Made by a program: the position numbers and the translations under genes. A DNA stretch of 64,000 nucleotides from Bacteroidia bacterium (GTDB lineage: Bacteria; Bacteroidota; Bacteroidia; CAILMK01; JACPUW01). Shown piece by piece: positions 10,195 through 20,845 of this stretch (position 1 is the first letter of the stretch; the number at the start of each line of letters is the position of its first letter). The notes below the pieces were generated by a model. It was not told where the DNA came from. It saw nothing but the letters and a program-made list of their open reading frames with translations, and did not search any database. The stretch covers positions 69,812 to 133,811 of the forward strand of contig JAGDZV010000015.1 of the NCBI GenBank assembly GCA_049115495.1, given 5' to 3'.

Positions 10195-12459
10195 GTGCAG
10201 TTATTCTTAAAAATCATCAGCCGAAAAAAGTTAATGTTGGGGCTGTTTTTGTTGCTTACAGCAGCAGGGGCATGGCAGGCCATTAACCTAAAATTCGACC
10301 ATCAGAGGCGTCGTTTTTTCCCAACTGACAACGAAGACCTTGAGTTTACCAATAGGTTTTTTGCCGAAATTGAGCAAGACGATATTTACATACTCGTGGG
10401 GCTTGAATTACCTAATTCTATTCTTGACAAAAACTCAAGAGAAATGGTAAGCCAAATTGTTACCGAGTTAGAAGCCATTCCACTTGCAAATAGAGCACTA
10501 TCTATTACCAATTATAGGTATTTAAAAAAAGGTGGTCCAAAGGTTTATGCCGCAAATATTCTTTCGCCCTCGCAAAGCCAAAGAGCTGCCGATAGTATTA
10601 AAATTTTGGCCAATCCGTACGTTTATAAAAACCTGATAGCTGATGACTTTAAGAGCACAAATATTGTTCTTAAAACCAAAGTAATTAATACCCAAGAAAA
10701 GGCCGATGAAATGTATGCAGGCCTAATAGCGGTGCTAGATAAATATGAAGATGTAGCATATCATTTGAGTGGTTTTCCTATAATGCAAAGCGTTACGGTA
10801 AACCAGTTGAAATGGGAGATGCAGTTTTATGTCTCGCTATCTGGCATACTGTTGCTAATCATACTCTTTATAATCTACAGGTCTCTTTGGGGCCTATTAG
10901 TGCCCTTTTTATCACTTGCAGGGGGGCTTTCAGTTTTCTTTGCCTATTTACATTTATCGGGTCAAAGCCTTGATTTAATGAGCTCTCTTTTTCCGATTCT
11001 TATGCTCATTTTCTTAATGGCAGATGTTGTGCATTTGCAAACCCATTACATGGATGAGTTGAGCAAAGGAAAATCACCTATTAGAGCTATGGAAGTTACC
11101 ATAAAAGAAATTGGTTTAGCCCTTTTCTTAACTTCATTTACCACGGCGGTGGGTTTTGGAACACTCGCTACTTCGCGAATTGAAGCCATTAGGCACTTTG
11201 GGCTCAACTCGGCAGTTGGCGTTTTAATAGCCTTTGTATTAGTAATAGTTTTTGCATCATCAGCCTTACTGTTTTTTAGTAAAGGCAAGGTGGCCAATCT
11301 TAAAAAACGAAACAACTCTTGGGAGGCCGCAATGCATAAGCTCTATTTGTTTAATAAGAGTAGGTATAGGTTTATTTTACTTGGTATGATGGCCCTACTT
11401 GTGCTTGCCATGGTTGGCGTAAATCAAATTAGTACTAATGCCTTTATTAAAGGCGATATACCTGATAAAGCAAAGCTAAAAAGCGATTTTGAATATTTTG
11501 AAAAGGTATTTTCGGGGGTGCGGTCGTTTGAAATGGCTATTACACCCGCCCAAGGTGCTGATTTAAACAATGTAGAGCTCTTAAGCGAAGTGGCTAAGCT
11601 TGAAACATATCTTACCGATAGCCATAAGATAGGAAATATTGTTTCGCCAACGCTCCCTTACCGTATGGTGCACCAGGCTTTTACCCGTGGTAAATCTGAC
11701 TATAAAATGCCAGAGGTAAACCAATCAAAAAAATATGGCACCTTTATGAGAGCAGATACTTCTGGCAACCTTAAAAGTTTAATGAATGCCGATGCCTCTT
11801 TGGGAAGAATATCGGGCAGGCAAGTTGATTATGGTTCAGATTATCACGAAGGCCAAATTGTGAAAATTCAAAACTGGATTAGCACTAACTTGAATACTGA
11901 CCTTGTAAGCTTTAAGGTAACCGGCACCACACTCATGTACGATAGAAACCACGAGTACTTGCGCCTAAGTTTATTCCGTTCGCTTGGGTTGGCATTTATT
12001 ATAGTAGGAATTCTATTTGCACTTCTTTTTAAAGACTACCGCATGGTAATAGTTAGTATTATTCCAAACCTAATTCCATTATTATTGGCTGCCGGAATGA
12101 TGGGCTTCCTAAACATAAAACTACAAGCACTTACTTCTATCTTTTTTGCCATTTCGTTTGGTATTGCGGTAGATGATACTATACACTTTCTTACACGGTT
12201 TAAACTAGAGCGTAAGAAAGGCCTAACCGTAAGCAGATCGATAAGAAATAGTCTTTACATAAGTGGCAAAGCCATAATTATTACTTCAGTAATATTAATT
12301 GTATCGTTTATTTCTCTAACTTTTTCTGACTTTAAGGGCACCTACTATATTGGTGTATTGGTAAGTCTTACTCTTTTTACAGCCATACTGTCTGATTTGT
12401 TTGTTTTACCACAATTGCTCTATTTCATTAATAGAAAAGGTAGAGGAAAAAGTAAATAG
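10195..12459 (+). CDS. MMPL/RND-superfamily transporter (sterol-sensing-domain-like exporter)
   Basis: 754 aa. Two blocks of about 6 TM helices each separated by periplasmic domains, which is typical MMPL topology. Confidence 0.7.
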   Translation: MQLFLKIISRKKLMLGLFLLLTAAGAWQAINLKFDHQRRRFFPTDNEDLEFTNRFFAEIEQDDIYILVGLELPNSILDKNSREMVSQIVTELEAIPLANRALSITNYRYLKKGGPKVYAANILSPSQSQRAADSIKILANPYVYKNLIADDFKSTNIVLKTKVINTQEKADEMYAGLIAVLDKYEDVAYHLSGFPIMQSVTVNQLKWEMQFYVSLSGILLLIILFIIYRSLWGLLVPFLSLAGGLSVFFAYLHLSGQSLDLMSSLFPILMLIFLMADVVHLQTHYMDELSKGKSPIRAMEVTIKEIGLALFLTSFTTAVGFGTLATSRIEAIRHFGLNSAVGVLIAFVLVIVFASSALLFFSKGKVANLKKRNNSWEAAMHKLYLFNKSRYRFILLGMMALLVLAMVGVNQISTNAFIKGDIPDKAKLKSDFEYFEKVFSGVRSFEMAITPAQGADLNNVELLSEVAKLETYLTDSHKIGNIVSPTLPYRMVHQAFTRGKSDYKMPEVNQSKKYGTFMRADTSGNLKSLMNADASLGRISGRQVDYGSDYHEGQIVKIQNWISTNLNTDLVSFKVTGTTLMYDRNHEYLRLSLFRSLGLAFIIVGILFALLFKDYRMVIVSIIPNLIPLLLAAGMMGFLNIKLQALTSIFFAISFGIAVDDTIHFLTRFKLERKKGLTVSRSIRNSLYISGKAIIITSVILIVSFISLTFSDFKGTYYIGVLVSLTLFTAILSDLFVLPQLLYFINRKGRGKSK

Positions 12460-12510
12460 ATAAGCATTGCAATAAGTGCTTGCTCTACTTTTGACTAACC
12501 CTAGTTTTAT

Positions 12511-14280
12511 TTGGTTTTGAGGAAAAAGCTAATTATACGAGTTGTTGTTGCATTTACCGTTTTTATGACGGTGTTTTCGGTGGCCGTACTTTTTGCTTTT
12601 AATAGAATTGAGTCTTATGTAAATGAAAATGGTAAAGCGCTAGTAGGGCGCAAGGTTAATTTACGCAGTTTAAACGCCAACCTACTTAATGCACGATTTA
12701 TTATTAAAGACCTTACCATTTTTGAGCAAAATGAAATTGACTCTTTTTTGCACTGCAAAAAACTGAGCATTAACCTAAATCTTACATCAATACTAAACGG
12801 AAATTATTTAGTTGATAATGTTGAAATTGATGGTTTAGAAGTAGATGTTGTTCAAAACCAGGGCCATTTCAATTTTCAGGATATTGTAATGCATGTAAAA
12901 GCAAAAACTAAATCTAAAAGCAGCGAAACTGCTAGTGATGAAGTGCCTATTACATGGTCTATTGAGAAGTTTAGTGTAACCAATGCTAACGCAAGTTACG
13001 CAGACGGACATTTGCCTTATCCTTTGCATTTTGACCATGTTTTTTTAGAAAGCGCAACAGGAATTAAAAGCACTAAATCAGACTTTTTAGCGCATTTGAA
13101 TTTTATACTGAATGAGAAGGCAAAAGTTGATTTCAATATAACATACAAGGCGCACACCGACTCATTTTTATCTCATCTCTTATTAAATCAATTAGGATTT
13201 GAAAATATAAGTCCTTTCTTAAGCCCTATTCTAAATTTTAAGCAAATACAGGGTAATGTGGCCTCAAATATTGTTATAAAAGGCAAAATTAGCGACCCCG
13301 CAAACCTTGATGTGTCTGGTGAGTTGGGCATAGATTCATTCATTTTTGTGAGCCTTGCAAATGAAGAATTAGTTCGCTTTAGTTCGCTTCAGGTTTCAAT
13401 TGATTCATTGAATGCGGTTAAAGATCTCTATGCCATTCATAGTGTTAGTATTAATGAATTAAAAGGTGGGTTCCATGTGTTTGTTGATGGTCATAATTTT
13501 CAATCTTTAGCCAAAGAAACACACGCCGATACTGCCATGCAAGAAACAAAAGTTGCCATTGAAAACTTAGGTGAAAGACCAACTAACTATTTACATGAGT
13601 TTGTAGAGCAAATAAGAGCAACGGTACATGAGTACCGCGCCAATAACATACATGTTGATTCAATAATTGTTACTAATAGTAATTTGTTTTTTTACGACCA
13701 TGTACCCAAAGAAGTTTTCAAGTGCAATTTGACCAATTTCAATGCCTATACTCACGACTTTTATTTTGATAGAGACAGTGTAAATATTGATGTAGCGTCT
13801 AAGTTAAACTACACAGGAATTCTAAATTCAACCATTACATTTTACCTTCACCACAAAGAAGATCTTAGCCTAAATGTACAAATTGAAAATTTTGATATGC
13901 GTGCATTGAGCCCTTATAGCTACGGCTATTTAGGACATGATATTGATACGGGTACGCTTAAGCTCGAAACTAATATTAGAATTGAAGACAATTATTTAAA
14001 AAGTAAAAATCATTTAAGCGCTTCTAACCTTGAGTTGGGTAAAAAGGTGAGGCATGAAGAAGCCTTGAAGGCTCCAATTAAGGCGGGCATAAACGCGCTT
14101 ACGAGTGCAGATGGGGTATTAGAGTTAGACATTCCGATAAAAGGTGATTTAAGCGACCCTGACTTTAAAGCTGGTCCTTTAGTTAAACAGGCTTTAAGAA
14201 ATACCCTAACAAAAGCCGCATCATTACCTGCACGTACGGTTAAAAGAGTGGTTTCGTTTAAGAAAAAAGATAAGGGGTAG
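12511..14280 (+). CDS. AsmA-like/DUF748-family protein (single N-terminal TM helix, large periplasmic domain)
   Basis: N-terminal TM anchor followed by a long beta-rich domain with repeated motifs. Confidence 0.5.
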   Translation: MVLRKKLIIRVVVAFTVFMTVFSVAVLFAFNRIESYVNENGKALVGRKVNLRSLNANLLNARFIIKDLTIFEQNEIDSFLHCKKLSINLNLTSILNGNYLVDNVEIDGLEVDVVQNQGHFNFQDIVMHVKAKTKSKSSETASDEVPITWSIEKFSVTNANASYADGHLPYPLHFDHVFLESATGIKSTKSDFLAHLNFILNEKAKVDFNITYKAHTDSFLSHLLLNQLGFENISPFLSPILNFKQIQGNVASNIVIKGKISDPANLDVSGELGIDSFIFVSLANEELVRFSSLQVSIDSLNAVKDLYAIHSVSINELKGGFHVFVDGHNFQSLAKETHADTAMQETKVAIENLGERPTNYLHEFVEQIRATVHEYRANNIHVDSIIVTNSNLFFYDHVPKEVFKCNLTNFNAYTHDFYFDRDSVNIDVASKLNYTGILNSTITFYLHHKEDLSLNVQIENFDMRALSPYSYGYLGHDIDTGTLKLETNIRIEDNYLKSKNHLSASNLELGKKVRHEEALKAPIKAGINALTSADGVLELDIPIKGDLSDPDFKAGPLVKQALRNTLTKAASLPARTVKRVVSFKKKDKG

Positions 14281-14597
14281 AAGAAACATACTTACAAATA
14301 GTCCTATGTTATCCTAAACTTTTCCAATTGAAATAATCAGGGATTTCTTGTGTTAAAAATTGAATTTGACCAAACTAAAAATCAAGTACTGATTTAGATA
14401 GCAACAAATTGTGGGTCTCCCGAATTTCTCGAGACTTTCAGAAGCCCGCAATCACGTTATTTTAGTTTTTATGTCATCCTGAACTTGATTCAGCAACTGC
14501 TGATTTGAACCAATAATATGATTTTTTGAAATCAAAAACTTGTTGTTCTTGTCCATTTAAAGTTGGGTCAAGCCCGCAATGATACTAAGACGTTAAA

Positions 14598-15989
14598 CTA
14601 GCCTTTCAAGGCAGCGTTGAGCAAGTCCTTTAATTGGTCGCCGCTGCTAGGGCGTGGTGCATTATTCTTATAAATATTACCATCTCTACCAATAATGTAA
14701 TATGTAGGTATTCCGCTCACATTATAGCTCTGTGGTACATCATGCTTAAAATCTTTAGCCAACACGTGCACACCTTTTAGCTCTTTTTCTTCAACTGCTT
14801 GGCGCCAAGCTTTGGCGTCTTTATCAATTGATATGTATAAGAAAACCATATCCTTATTATCTGCATATTCTTCTTTTAGCGCTTTGGCATATGGAACTTG
14901 TTGCATACATGGTCCGCACCAGCTGGCCCAAAAATCTATATACACCACTTTGCCTTTAAAATCATTTAAACTAACTTCTTCTCCATCAAGATTTTTTAAT
15001 GTAAACTGTGGAGCTAAATTGCCAGGTTGAAGTGCCTTAACCTTATTGTAAATGCCCTGAAGATACTCAGCAACTTCTGGTTCGCAATTGGCTTTAAAAT
15101 CTTCCCAATACGGATCTATTTTGCTTAACTCAATAGCGCTAAGTCTATTTCTTAAGTAATTGGCCTGCGCGGTAGTTTTGGTTTTACCCGTTAAGGCCAT
15201 TTCAGCAATTAAAAACTGATTTAGTGGGTTATAACCACCGCTTGAGCTTTGTTGAACCGTACTTAACTTATAACCTAAATACTGGTCTAAAAAGAACAAG
15301 TAGCCACCTTGATCTAACAGCTCTTCGTTGTCAAAATCGCAATTATCTAAAAAATTATAATAGCCTTCATGCACTACTTCACTTCTTGATTTTTTAGCGT
15401 AATATGCCTTTATCATTGGGTAGTACAAATAAGTGCCGTACATCATATAAGTCTCGTTCTTTTGCCATGTATCCATAAATTCGGTGCTTATTTCGCTTTC
15501 ATTATTAAAGCTTAAAAGCAATTCTACTTTGGCGTCAAGTCTTTCTTTGTGCTTATTGGTAAACGCTTCGCTATCAAGTTCGCTATACCAGCCGCGAGTT
15601 GGATCTTTTCCTTCATCTTCAAAATTCAGAAAATACGCCGCAAGAAAATTATTCTCACCTGAGTAGTCGCCACTATATTCTAAAGATTCATCAAACTCTT
15701 TGGCATTCACACTCAATTTCAAAGTTTGATCAGGCATAAGGTAAATTGAAGTAGATTCATCTCCAATTGATAAATCGGCAAATGTTGCTTCTGTAATCTC
15801 AGCCTCAATGCTAAACTTACCTTTTACAATTTGGGCTTTCCATGAGAAGTCTTTTAAAGTAATCTGTTGTCTAAAACTAATTTCTGCTTCGCCTGATCTT
15901 AATCCTTTCACTGTTCCGCTTACTACCGTTTTAGCATTTGAAAATTGAAACAGTCCTAAAGCCACAAATAGCACAACAATCCTTCTCAT
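14598..15989 (-). CDS. TlpA/ResA-like thiol-disulfide oxidoreductase (thioredoxin-fold) with large N-terminal domain
   Basis: Signal peptide. C-terminal thioredoxin motif FWASWCGPC (CxxC). Confidence 0.8.
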   Translation of the reverse strand: MRRIVVLFVALGLFQFSNAKTVVSGTVKGLRSGEAEISFRQQITLKDFSWKAQIVKGKFSIEAEITEATFADLSIGDESTSIYLMPDQTLKLSVNAKEFDESLEYSGDYSGENNFLAAYFLNFEDEGKDPTRGWYSELDSEAFTNKHKERLDAKVELLLSFNNESEISTEFMDTWQKNETYMMYGTYLYYPMIKAYYAKKSRSEVVHEGYYNFLDNCDFDNEELLDQGGYLFFLDQYLGYKLSTVQQSSSGGYNPLNQFLIAEMALTGKTKTTAQANYLRNRLSAIELSKIDPYWEDFKANCEPEVAEYLQGIYNKVKALQPGNLAPQFTLKNLDGEEVSLNDFKGKVVYIDFWASWCGPCMQQVPYAKALKEEYADNKDMVFLYISIDKDAKAWRQAVEEKELKGVHVLAKDFKHDVPQSYNVSGIPTYYIIGRDGNIYKNNAPRPSSGDQLKDLLNAALKG

Positions 15990-16155
15990 TATAATTGGTT
16001 TGATTCAGGGCAAAAGAAAGAATTAAAAATGAAAGTGATATTAATACTCAAATAGTAAGAATAGTTAAAAAAGCTCATTGTTGCTTTTTACCGTTAACAG
16101 TAGCACGGCATGGTGATAAATTGTATATGAAGCTTAATACAGGCTAAATATCCAA

Positions 16156-17271
16156 CTACTTTCTAGTTAATAGCGTAACAAATGTGGGTAAATGGTCGCT
16201 GTACCCACCGTAATAATTTGGTCCGCCATAGCTGCGGCTAGGTACTTTTTGACCACTTCTTGTGGTATAAAGCATAAAATCTTTTTTCACTACTTGCGCT
16301 GACGCAGGCTCTATTTCATAATCAGTTAAATCACCATTTACAAGGTTTTGGCTTACAATTATTTGATCAAGCACATTCCAATCGCCTCGGTAGTTATAGG
16401 TGCCTTCTCCCTTTTTTATTAGGTGGTATGATGTATTAAAAAGGTTGGTTTTTGATGTTAGGATAGAGTCGGCCTTTAGGTAATTAACTATGCTCGTGTT
16501 AAAAGGCTCATCGTTAAAGTCACCCATAATTATAATTCGGGCGTCTGGGTTTCTTTTCTGCAACCCAGTAACTCTCTTATTTAGCCAAAATGCTGCGGCT
16601 GTTCTTTTGTATTCAGACTCAGCTTGTCCACCCGAGCGAGACGGCCAATGATTAGCGAAGAAATAGAAACTATCGTTACCATCTGTTGCCGTTAAGCAAA
16701 CAATATCTCTTGTTTTAAAATTTGGCTCGCCCTCTAGAATTACAGTATGGGCAGTTAAACGCTCTGCTTTAAATTTCGAGCTCTGATAAATAAAAGCTAC
16801 ATCAATTCCTCGTTTATCAGGCGAGTTATGGTGAGATACACTGTAATCAAGCTCATGATTTAAACTTAATGTGCCGCAAAGGTCAATTAGCACTTGTTTG
16901 TTTTCAACTTCACAAACCCCTAACATATCTGGTTTAAACTCTGCTATAACCTTGGCCAAATGGGCTAATTTTTCGTTGTAGCGCTCCGTTCCATATTCTT
17001 TTTTTGAATCGGGCAAAAACTCTTCGTCATTAATGCTTGGGTCATTTATGGTGTCAAATAAATTCTCAAGATTGTAAAAACCTACAATTCGGTTGGCATT
17101 GGCTTCCTTTTGACCTTTATCGGTGCTTTTGCACGATACAATTACAATGGCTAAAAGGGCTATGGCTAAATGAACAAGCTTCATGAGTGCAAAACTACAA
17201 AGGCACCCACCGGCAATTCTCTTAGTTTTGATAAAATCAAACTGTAAGTATGGAATTGGTATTTCTAGCAA
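16156..17271 (-). CDS. Endonuclease/exonuclease/phosphatase (EEP) family lipoprotein
   Basis: Signal peptide plus Cys (VIVSCKST). N-terminal GFYNLENLFD and conserved Asp/His positions consistent with the EEP fold. Confidence 0.6.
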   Translation of the reverse strand: MLEIPIPYLQFDFIKTKRIAGGCLCSFALMKLVHLAIALLAIVIVSCKSTDKGQKEANANRIVGFYNLENLFDTINDPSINDEEFLPDSKKEYGTERYNEKLAHLAKVIAEFKPDMLGVCEVENKQVLIDLCGTLSLNHELDYSVSHHNSPDKRGIDVAFIYQSSKFKAERLTAHTVILEGEPNFKTRDIVCLTATDGNDSFYFFANHWPSRSGGQAESEYKRTAAAFWLNKRVTGLQKRNPDARIIIMGDFNDEPFNTSIVNYLKADSILTSKTNLFNTSYHLIKKGEGTYNYRGDWNVLDQIIVSQNLVNGDLTDYEIEPASAQVVKKDFMLYTTRSGQKVPSRSYGGPNYYGGYSDHLPTFVTLLTRK

Positions 17272-18509
17272 TAGGTTTAATTGCAGGTTTTGCTATTGGC
17301 TGGCTCTTAAATTCGGGCAAAAAGCATGAGCAAAGCGACTCAATTTCGGTTTCGCTATACAATGAGCTTAAAGTTGAAGCTAAAAGCAAGGATGCTGAAA
17401 TTAATGAACTCACTGCATCATTGGCCAAAGCTGAGCAATGGGACGAAGACCTAAATCAAAAACTTAAAGATCAAAAAACAGAGCTGGAAAAACTCCAAGA
17501 GCACTTTAGACTTGAGTTTAGAAACTTATCAAACACCATTTTAGAAGATAAGAGCAGACGCTTTTTAGAAATGAACGAGCAAAAAGTGGGTGAGATTTTA
17601 AAGCCACTAAAAGAGCGTATTACTGCTTTTGAGCAAAAGGTAGAGCACAGTAGCCAAAACACACTGAAATGGAATACAGAGCTAAAAGAGCAAATAAAAT
17701 CGCTTGCTATAGCCAATCAAAAAATTGCCAATGATGCCAATGCTTTGGCTTTAGCCCTAAAAGGCGATAAAAAAATGCAAGGCAATTGGGGTGAACTTCA
17801 ACTTGAATTAATACTTGAAAAAGCAGGCTTGCAAGATGGTATTCATTATAGAAAAGAAGTAAGCCTAAAAGATGAGGAAGGCAGCCGATTTAGACCCGAT
17901 TTTATAATAAACCTACCAGATGGCAAACATTTGGTAATTGACTCTAAAGTGAGTTTGGTAGCCTACGATCAATATTTTAATGCAGAAAACGAAAACGATC
18001 AAAGCACTTATTTAAAATCACATATACAAGCGATAAACAACCATATAAGTCAGCTTAGCAATAAAAACTACCAAAAGCTGCACGGCATCAATTCGCCCGA
18101 TTATATTATGCTTTTTGTGCCAATAGAACCTGCGTTGTATTTGGCGTTGAATAAAGAAGCTGGTTTATATGAAAAGGCGCTAAATGCCAACATAGTGCTA
18201 GTGAGTACGGGTACGCTATTGGCTACGCTACGCACCATTAGCTACATATGGAAACAAGAAAACCAAAAGCGCAATGTGATAGAAATTGCCAAAGAGAGCG
18301 GTGCACTTTATGATAAGTTCGTCGGTTTTTTAAATGATATGGAAGGCATTGGTAAAAAGCTTGGCGATGCACAAAGCGATTATGATGAAGCCATGAAAAA
18401 GCTTTCTACTTCTCCTAAAAAAGGCACCACTATTATTGGAAGAATTGAAAACCTAAAAGAATTAGGTGCCGAAGCGAGTAAGCAAATTGATGATAAGTAT
18501 TTGGGGTAA
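17250..18509 (+). CDS. rmuC: DNA recombination protein RmuC
   Basis: N-terminal TM helix, long coiled-coil, then a C-terminal RmuC nuclease-like domain (FVPIEPALYLAL…LVSTGTLLATLRTISYIWKQE). Confidence 0.8.
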   Translation: MELVFLAIGLIAGFAIGWLLNSGKKHEQSDSISVSLYNELKVEAKSKDAEINELTASLAKAEQWDEDLNQKLKDQKTELEKLQEHFRLEFRNLSNTILEDKSRRFLEMNEQKVGEILKPLKERITAFEQKVEHSSQNTLKWNTELKEQIKSLAIANQKIANDANALALALKGDKKMQGNWGELQLELILEKAGLQDGIHYRKEVSLKDEEGSRFRPDFIINLPDGKHLVIDSKVSLVAYDQYFNAENENDQSTYLKSHIQAINNHISQLSNKNYQKLHGINSPDYIMLFVPIEPALYLALNKEAGLYEKALNANIVLVSTGTLLATLRTISYIWKQENQKRNVIEIAKESGALYDKFVGFLNDMEGIGKKLGDAQSDYDEAMKKLSTSPKKGTTIIGRIENLKELGAEASKQIDDKYLG

Positions 18510-18833
18510 ATTGTCTGTATTAGGGATTTTAGGATTGGGGGATTTTATGGTTTTGTTTTGTCTAACGGCCTAATTGCCGTTCAGAAGCCCCAACTTTTGA
18601 ACTTGAATGAAGAGTGGCGCTATTGCGCCATTTACATTTCGGTGCTGGAGCGCCTATTATTCAATCATTTTGAAGCTGGAGCTTCAAAAGGGCGTCGTAT
18701 TTCCATTGTCATTCTGATCCGCCAGCTGGCGGAAAGAATCTCTTTCATGTAAAAACTTTGCTATTAGCAGGTACATTAGAGATGCTTCGTGCATCTGCAA
18801 GACCTTTTGAGCGTATCATTAGCAATTGAACCT

Positions 18834-20705
18834 TCAACAACCCTTCAAAATAACACAACCCAACGCCGGAACATCAATTTGCAGTATTCCGCCTTCTTGC
18901 TCAATTGTATTATTGGTCATTAAATCAACAACGCATTCTGGAAAGTTATTTAAGCTTACAGGCATAATCTTTTCTCTATCTCTATTGAAAACCACCCAAA
19001 TGGTCTCTCCTTTATAGCTTCTTTCAAAACCAAAAAGATCACCATCGATATAAAAGGTATCGTATGTGCCTAGTTGCAAAGCTGGCTCAGCATTTCTGAT
19101 GCCTATCATTTTTTTATAGAAGGCTAAAAGCCCTTTGTTTTGGCTAATTTTATCGGGTGTATGATTCGTTTGATTAGGGAAGGTGATTTCATCTTCATAT
19201 TCAATATCATCCCAGATCATTGGCTTGCGGCAATCGGGATCGTTTGCACCCCACATGCCTATTTCATCTCCATAGTAAACCATTGGCGCGCCAACATAGG
19301 TCATCTGCATCATAACTAAAAGCTTTTGAAGGTCATAATCTAAATGTGAAGGTTTACGAGGATCATAGTCTGGATTTTCAATTGCCTTTGAAATACCGAA
19401 ATAAGTACCCCAATCACGGTAGTTGCCAATGCCGCGGTTTTTTATCATTGAGCTGATTCTATTGGCATCATGGCTGCCCAGTAAGTTCTGATTTACATAG
19501 GCCACTCCTTTTGGGTAAAGTTCTCGCAGTTCTTTAAGCTTTTTGTCAAATTCAGCACCATCAATTCGCATTGAATCTTCGTACAAAAAATACTCAGCAC
19601 AGGTAAAAACAAAATTGTAGTTCATTTCGCCATCAAACTCATCGCCTTGCATGTAGGGCACTACTTTTTCGGGCACATCAACAATCTCGGCTACTAAATA
19701 CGCTTCAGGGTTTAAATCTCTTACATGGACGCGCCAGTCTTTCCAAAAAGCATGATCTACACAAAAAGCTACATCTAAGCGCCAACCATCAATGCCGTTT
19801 TCTTGTACGCCTTTTGGTTTCATCCAGCGTTCGGTAGCCGCAAAAATGTAGTTCTTAGGGCCTTCAACTATGCCGTTTTCGTCTTCTTTAAGTTCAGGAA
19901 GTGATTTAACGCCCCACCAACCCTTGTAGTCAAATTCGGTTCCTTTCTCGGGGTTGTCAAAGCTCTTTACCGTAAACCAATCTTTGTATTTAGATTCTTC
20001 TTGTTTCTCTTTTAAATCTTTAAAGGCAAAGCTGTTGATGCCCATGTGATTGAAAACGCCGTCAAAAATCACCCTAATGCCTTTGGCGTGTGCTTTTTCA
20101 ATTAATTCAAGCGCTAACAAATCGGCCTTAGTCCAAACCCAGGTTGTAGGATTACTTGGGTCTTCAGTTGCCATTAGCGCTCGGTCTCCATCGGGATCAG
20201 GGCCAAAATTCGGGTCAATGTGATGGTATGTGGCGCCATCATATTTATGCAGGCTAGGTGCTTCAAAAACCGGATTTAAGTAAATGGCATTTATGCCAAG
20301 CTCTTTAATATAATCTAACTTATCAATTACGCCTTGCAGATCGCCACCATAGCGCCTACGTAAAATGTGTTTCCAATATTCGGGTTCGCCATTAGCAAGT
20401 TCATAATCTTGTAATTTGTACCAATCGCTTCCCCAAGGGTGTATTTGCCAAACTTTGGGTGGCTCCATTGGGTCAGCACCCATTATGTTCTCTACTTTAG
20501 GATCGTTGCTAGGGTCGCCATTTCTAAACCTATCAGGAAATACCTGATACCAAATAGCACTTTTGGCCCACTGGGGCACAAATTCGTCTGAGAAGTTTTC
20601 TTCCATAGCATTTGGTATTTCTTCTTCCATTTTGGGCTCTTGTTTATTCTTACAAGCAGATAAAAGAATTGCCAAGGCGGCAATATTTAATGCAAAGCGA
20701 AACAT
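18834..20705 (-). CDS. Glycoside hydrolase family 13 alpha-amylase-type enzyme, lipoprotein
   Basis: GH13 conserved regions: I (FDGVFNHMG), II (GIDGWRLDVAF), III (EIVD), IV (LLGSHDANR). Lipoprotein signal (LLSACKNK). Confidence 0.85.
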   Translation of the reverse strand: MFRFALNIAALAILLSACKNKQEPKMEEEIPNAMEENFSDEFVPQWAKSAIWYQVFPDRFRNGDPSNDPKVENIMGADPMEPPKVWQIHPWGSDWYKLQDYELANGEPEYWKHILRRRYGGDLQGVIDKLDYIKELGINAIYLNPVFEAPSLHKYDGATYHHIDPNFGPDPDGDRALMATEDPSNPTTWVWTKADLLALELIEKAHAKGIRVIFDGVFNHMGINSFAFKDLKEKQEESKYKDWFTVKSFDNPEKGTEFDYKGWWGVKSLPELKEDENGIVEGPKNYIFAATERWMKPKGVQENGIDGWRLDVAFCVDHAFWKDWRVHVRDLNPEAYLVAEIVDVPEKVVPYMQGDEFDGEMNYNFVFTCAEYFLYEDSMRIDGAEFDKKLKELRELYPKGVAYVNQNLLGSHDANRISSMIKNRGIGNYRDWGTYFGISKAIENPDYDPRKPSHLDYDLQKLLVMMQMTYVGAPMVYYGDEIGMWGANDPDCRKPMIWDDIEYEDEITFPNQTNHTPDKISQNKGLLAFYKKMIGIRNAEPALQLGTYDTFYIDGDLFGFERSYKGETIWVVFNRDREKIMPVSLNNFPECVVDLMTNNTIEQEGGILQIDVPALGCVILKGC

Positions 20706-20845
20706 TGAATGTGAATTTGGAGGGAAGATAGAGTTTTATGAAAAATAGGCTGGCCTAGTATGTTCTAACAGTATGCTATAAATTGAAATCCTTATTGGCA
20801 TTATTTGAGTCTCCGCATGTTTACAAGTGTTCAAAACGTTTAATA

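Noticed and set aside
11046-11315. 89-aa antisense ORF inside the MMPL transporter gene
   Set aside because: Embedded in a strongly supported membrane-protein CDS; no independent signals.
18558-18752. 64-aa ORF in the rmuC/amylase intergenic gap
   Set aside because: Overlaps a run of palindromic hairpins that more plausibly act as terminators; no ribosome-binding context; kept as a finding about structure, not as a CDS.
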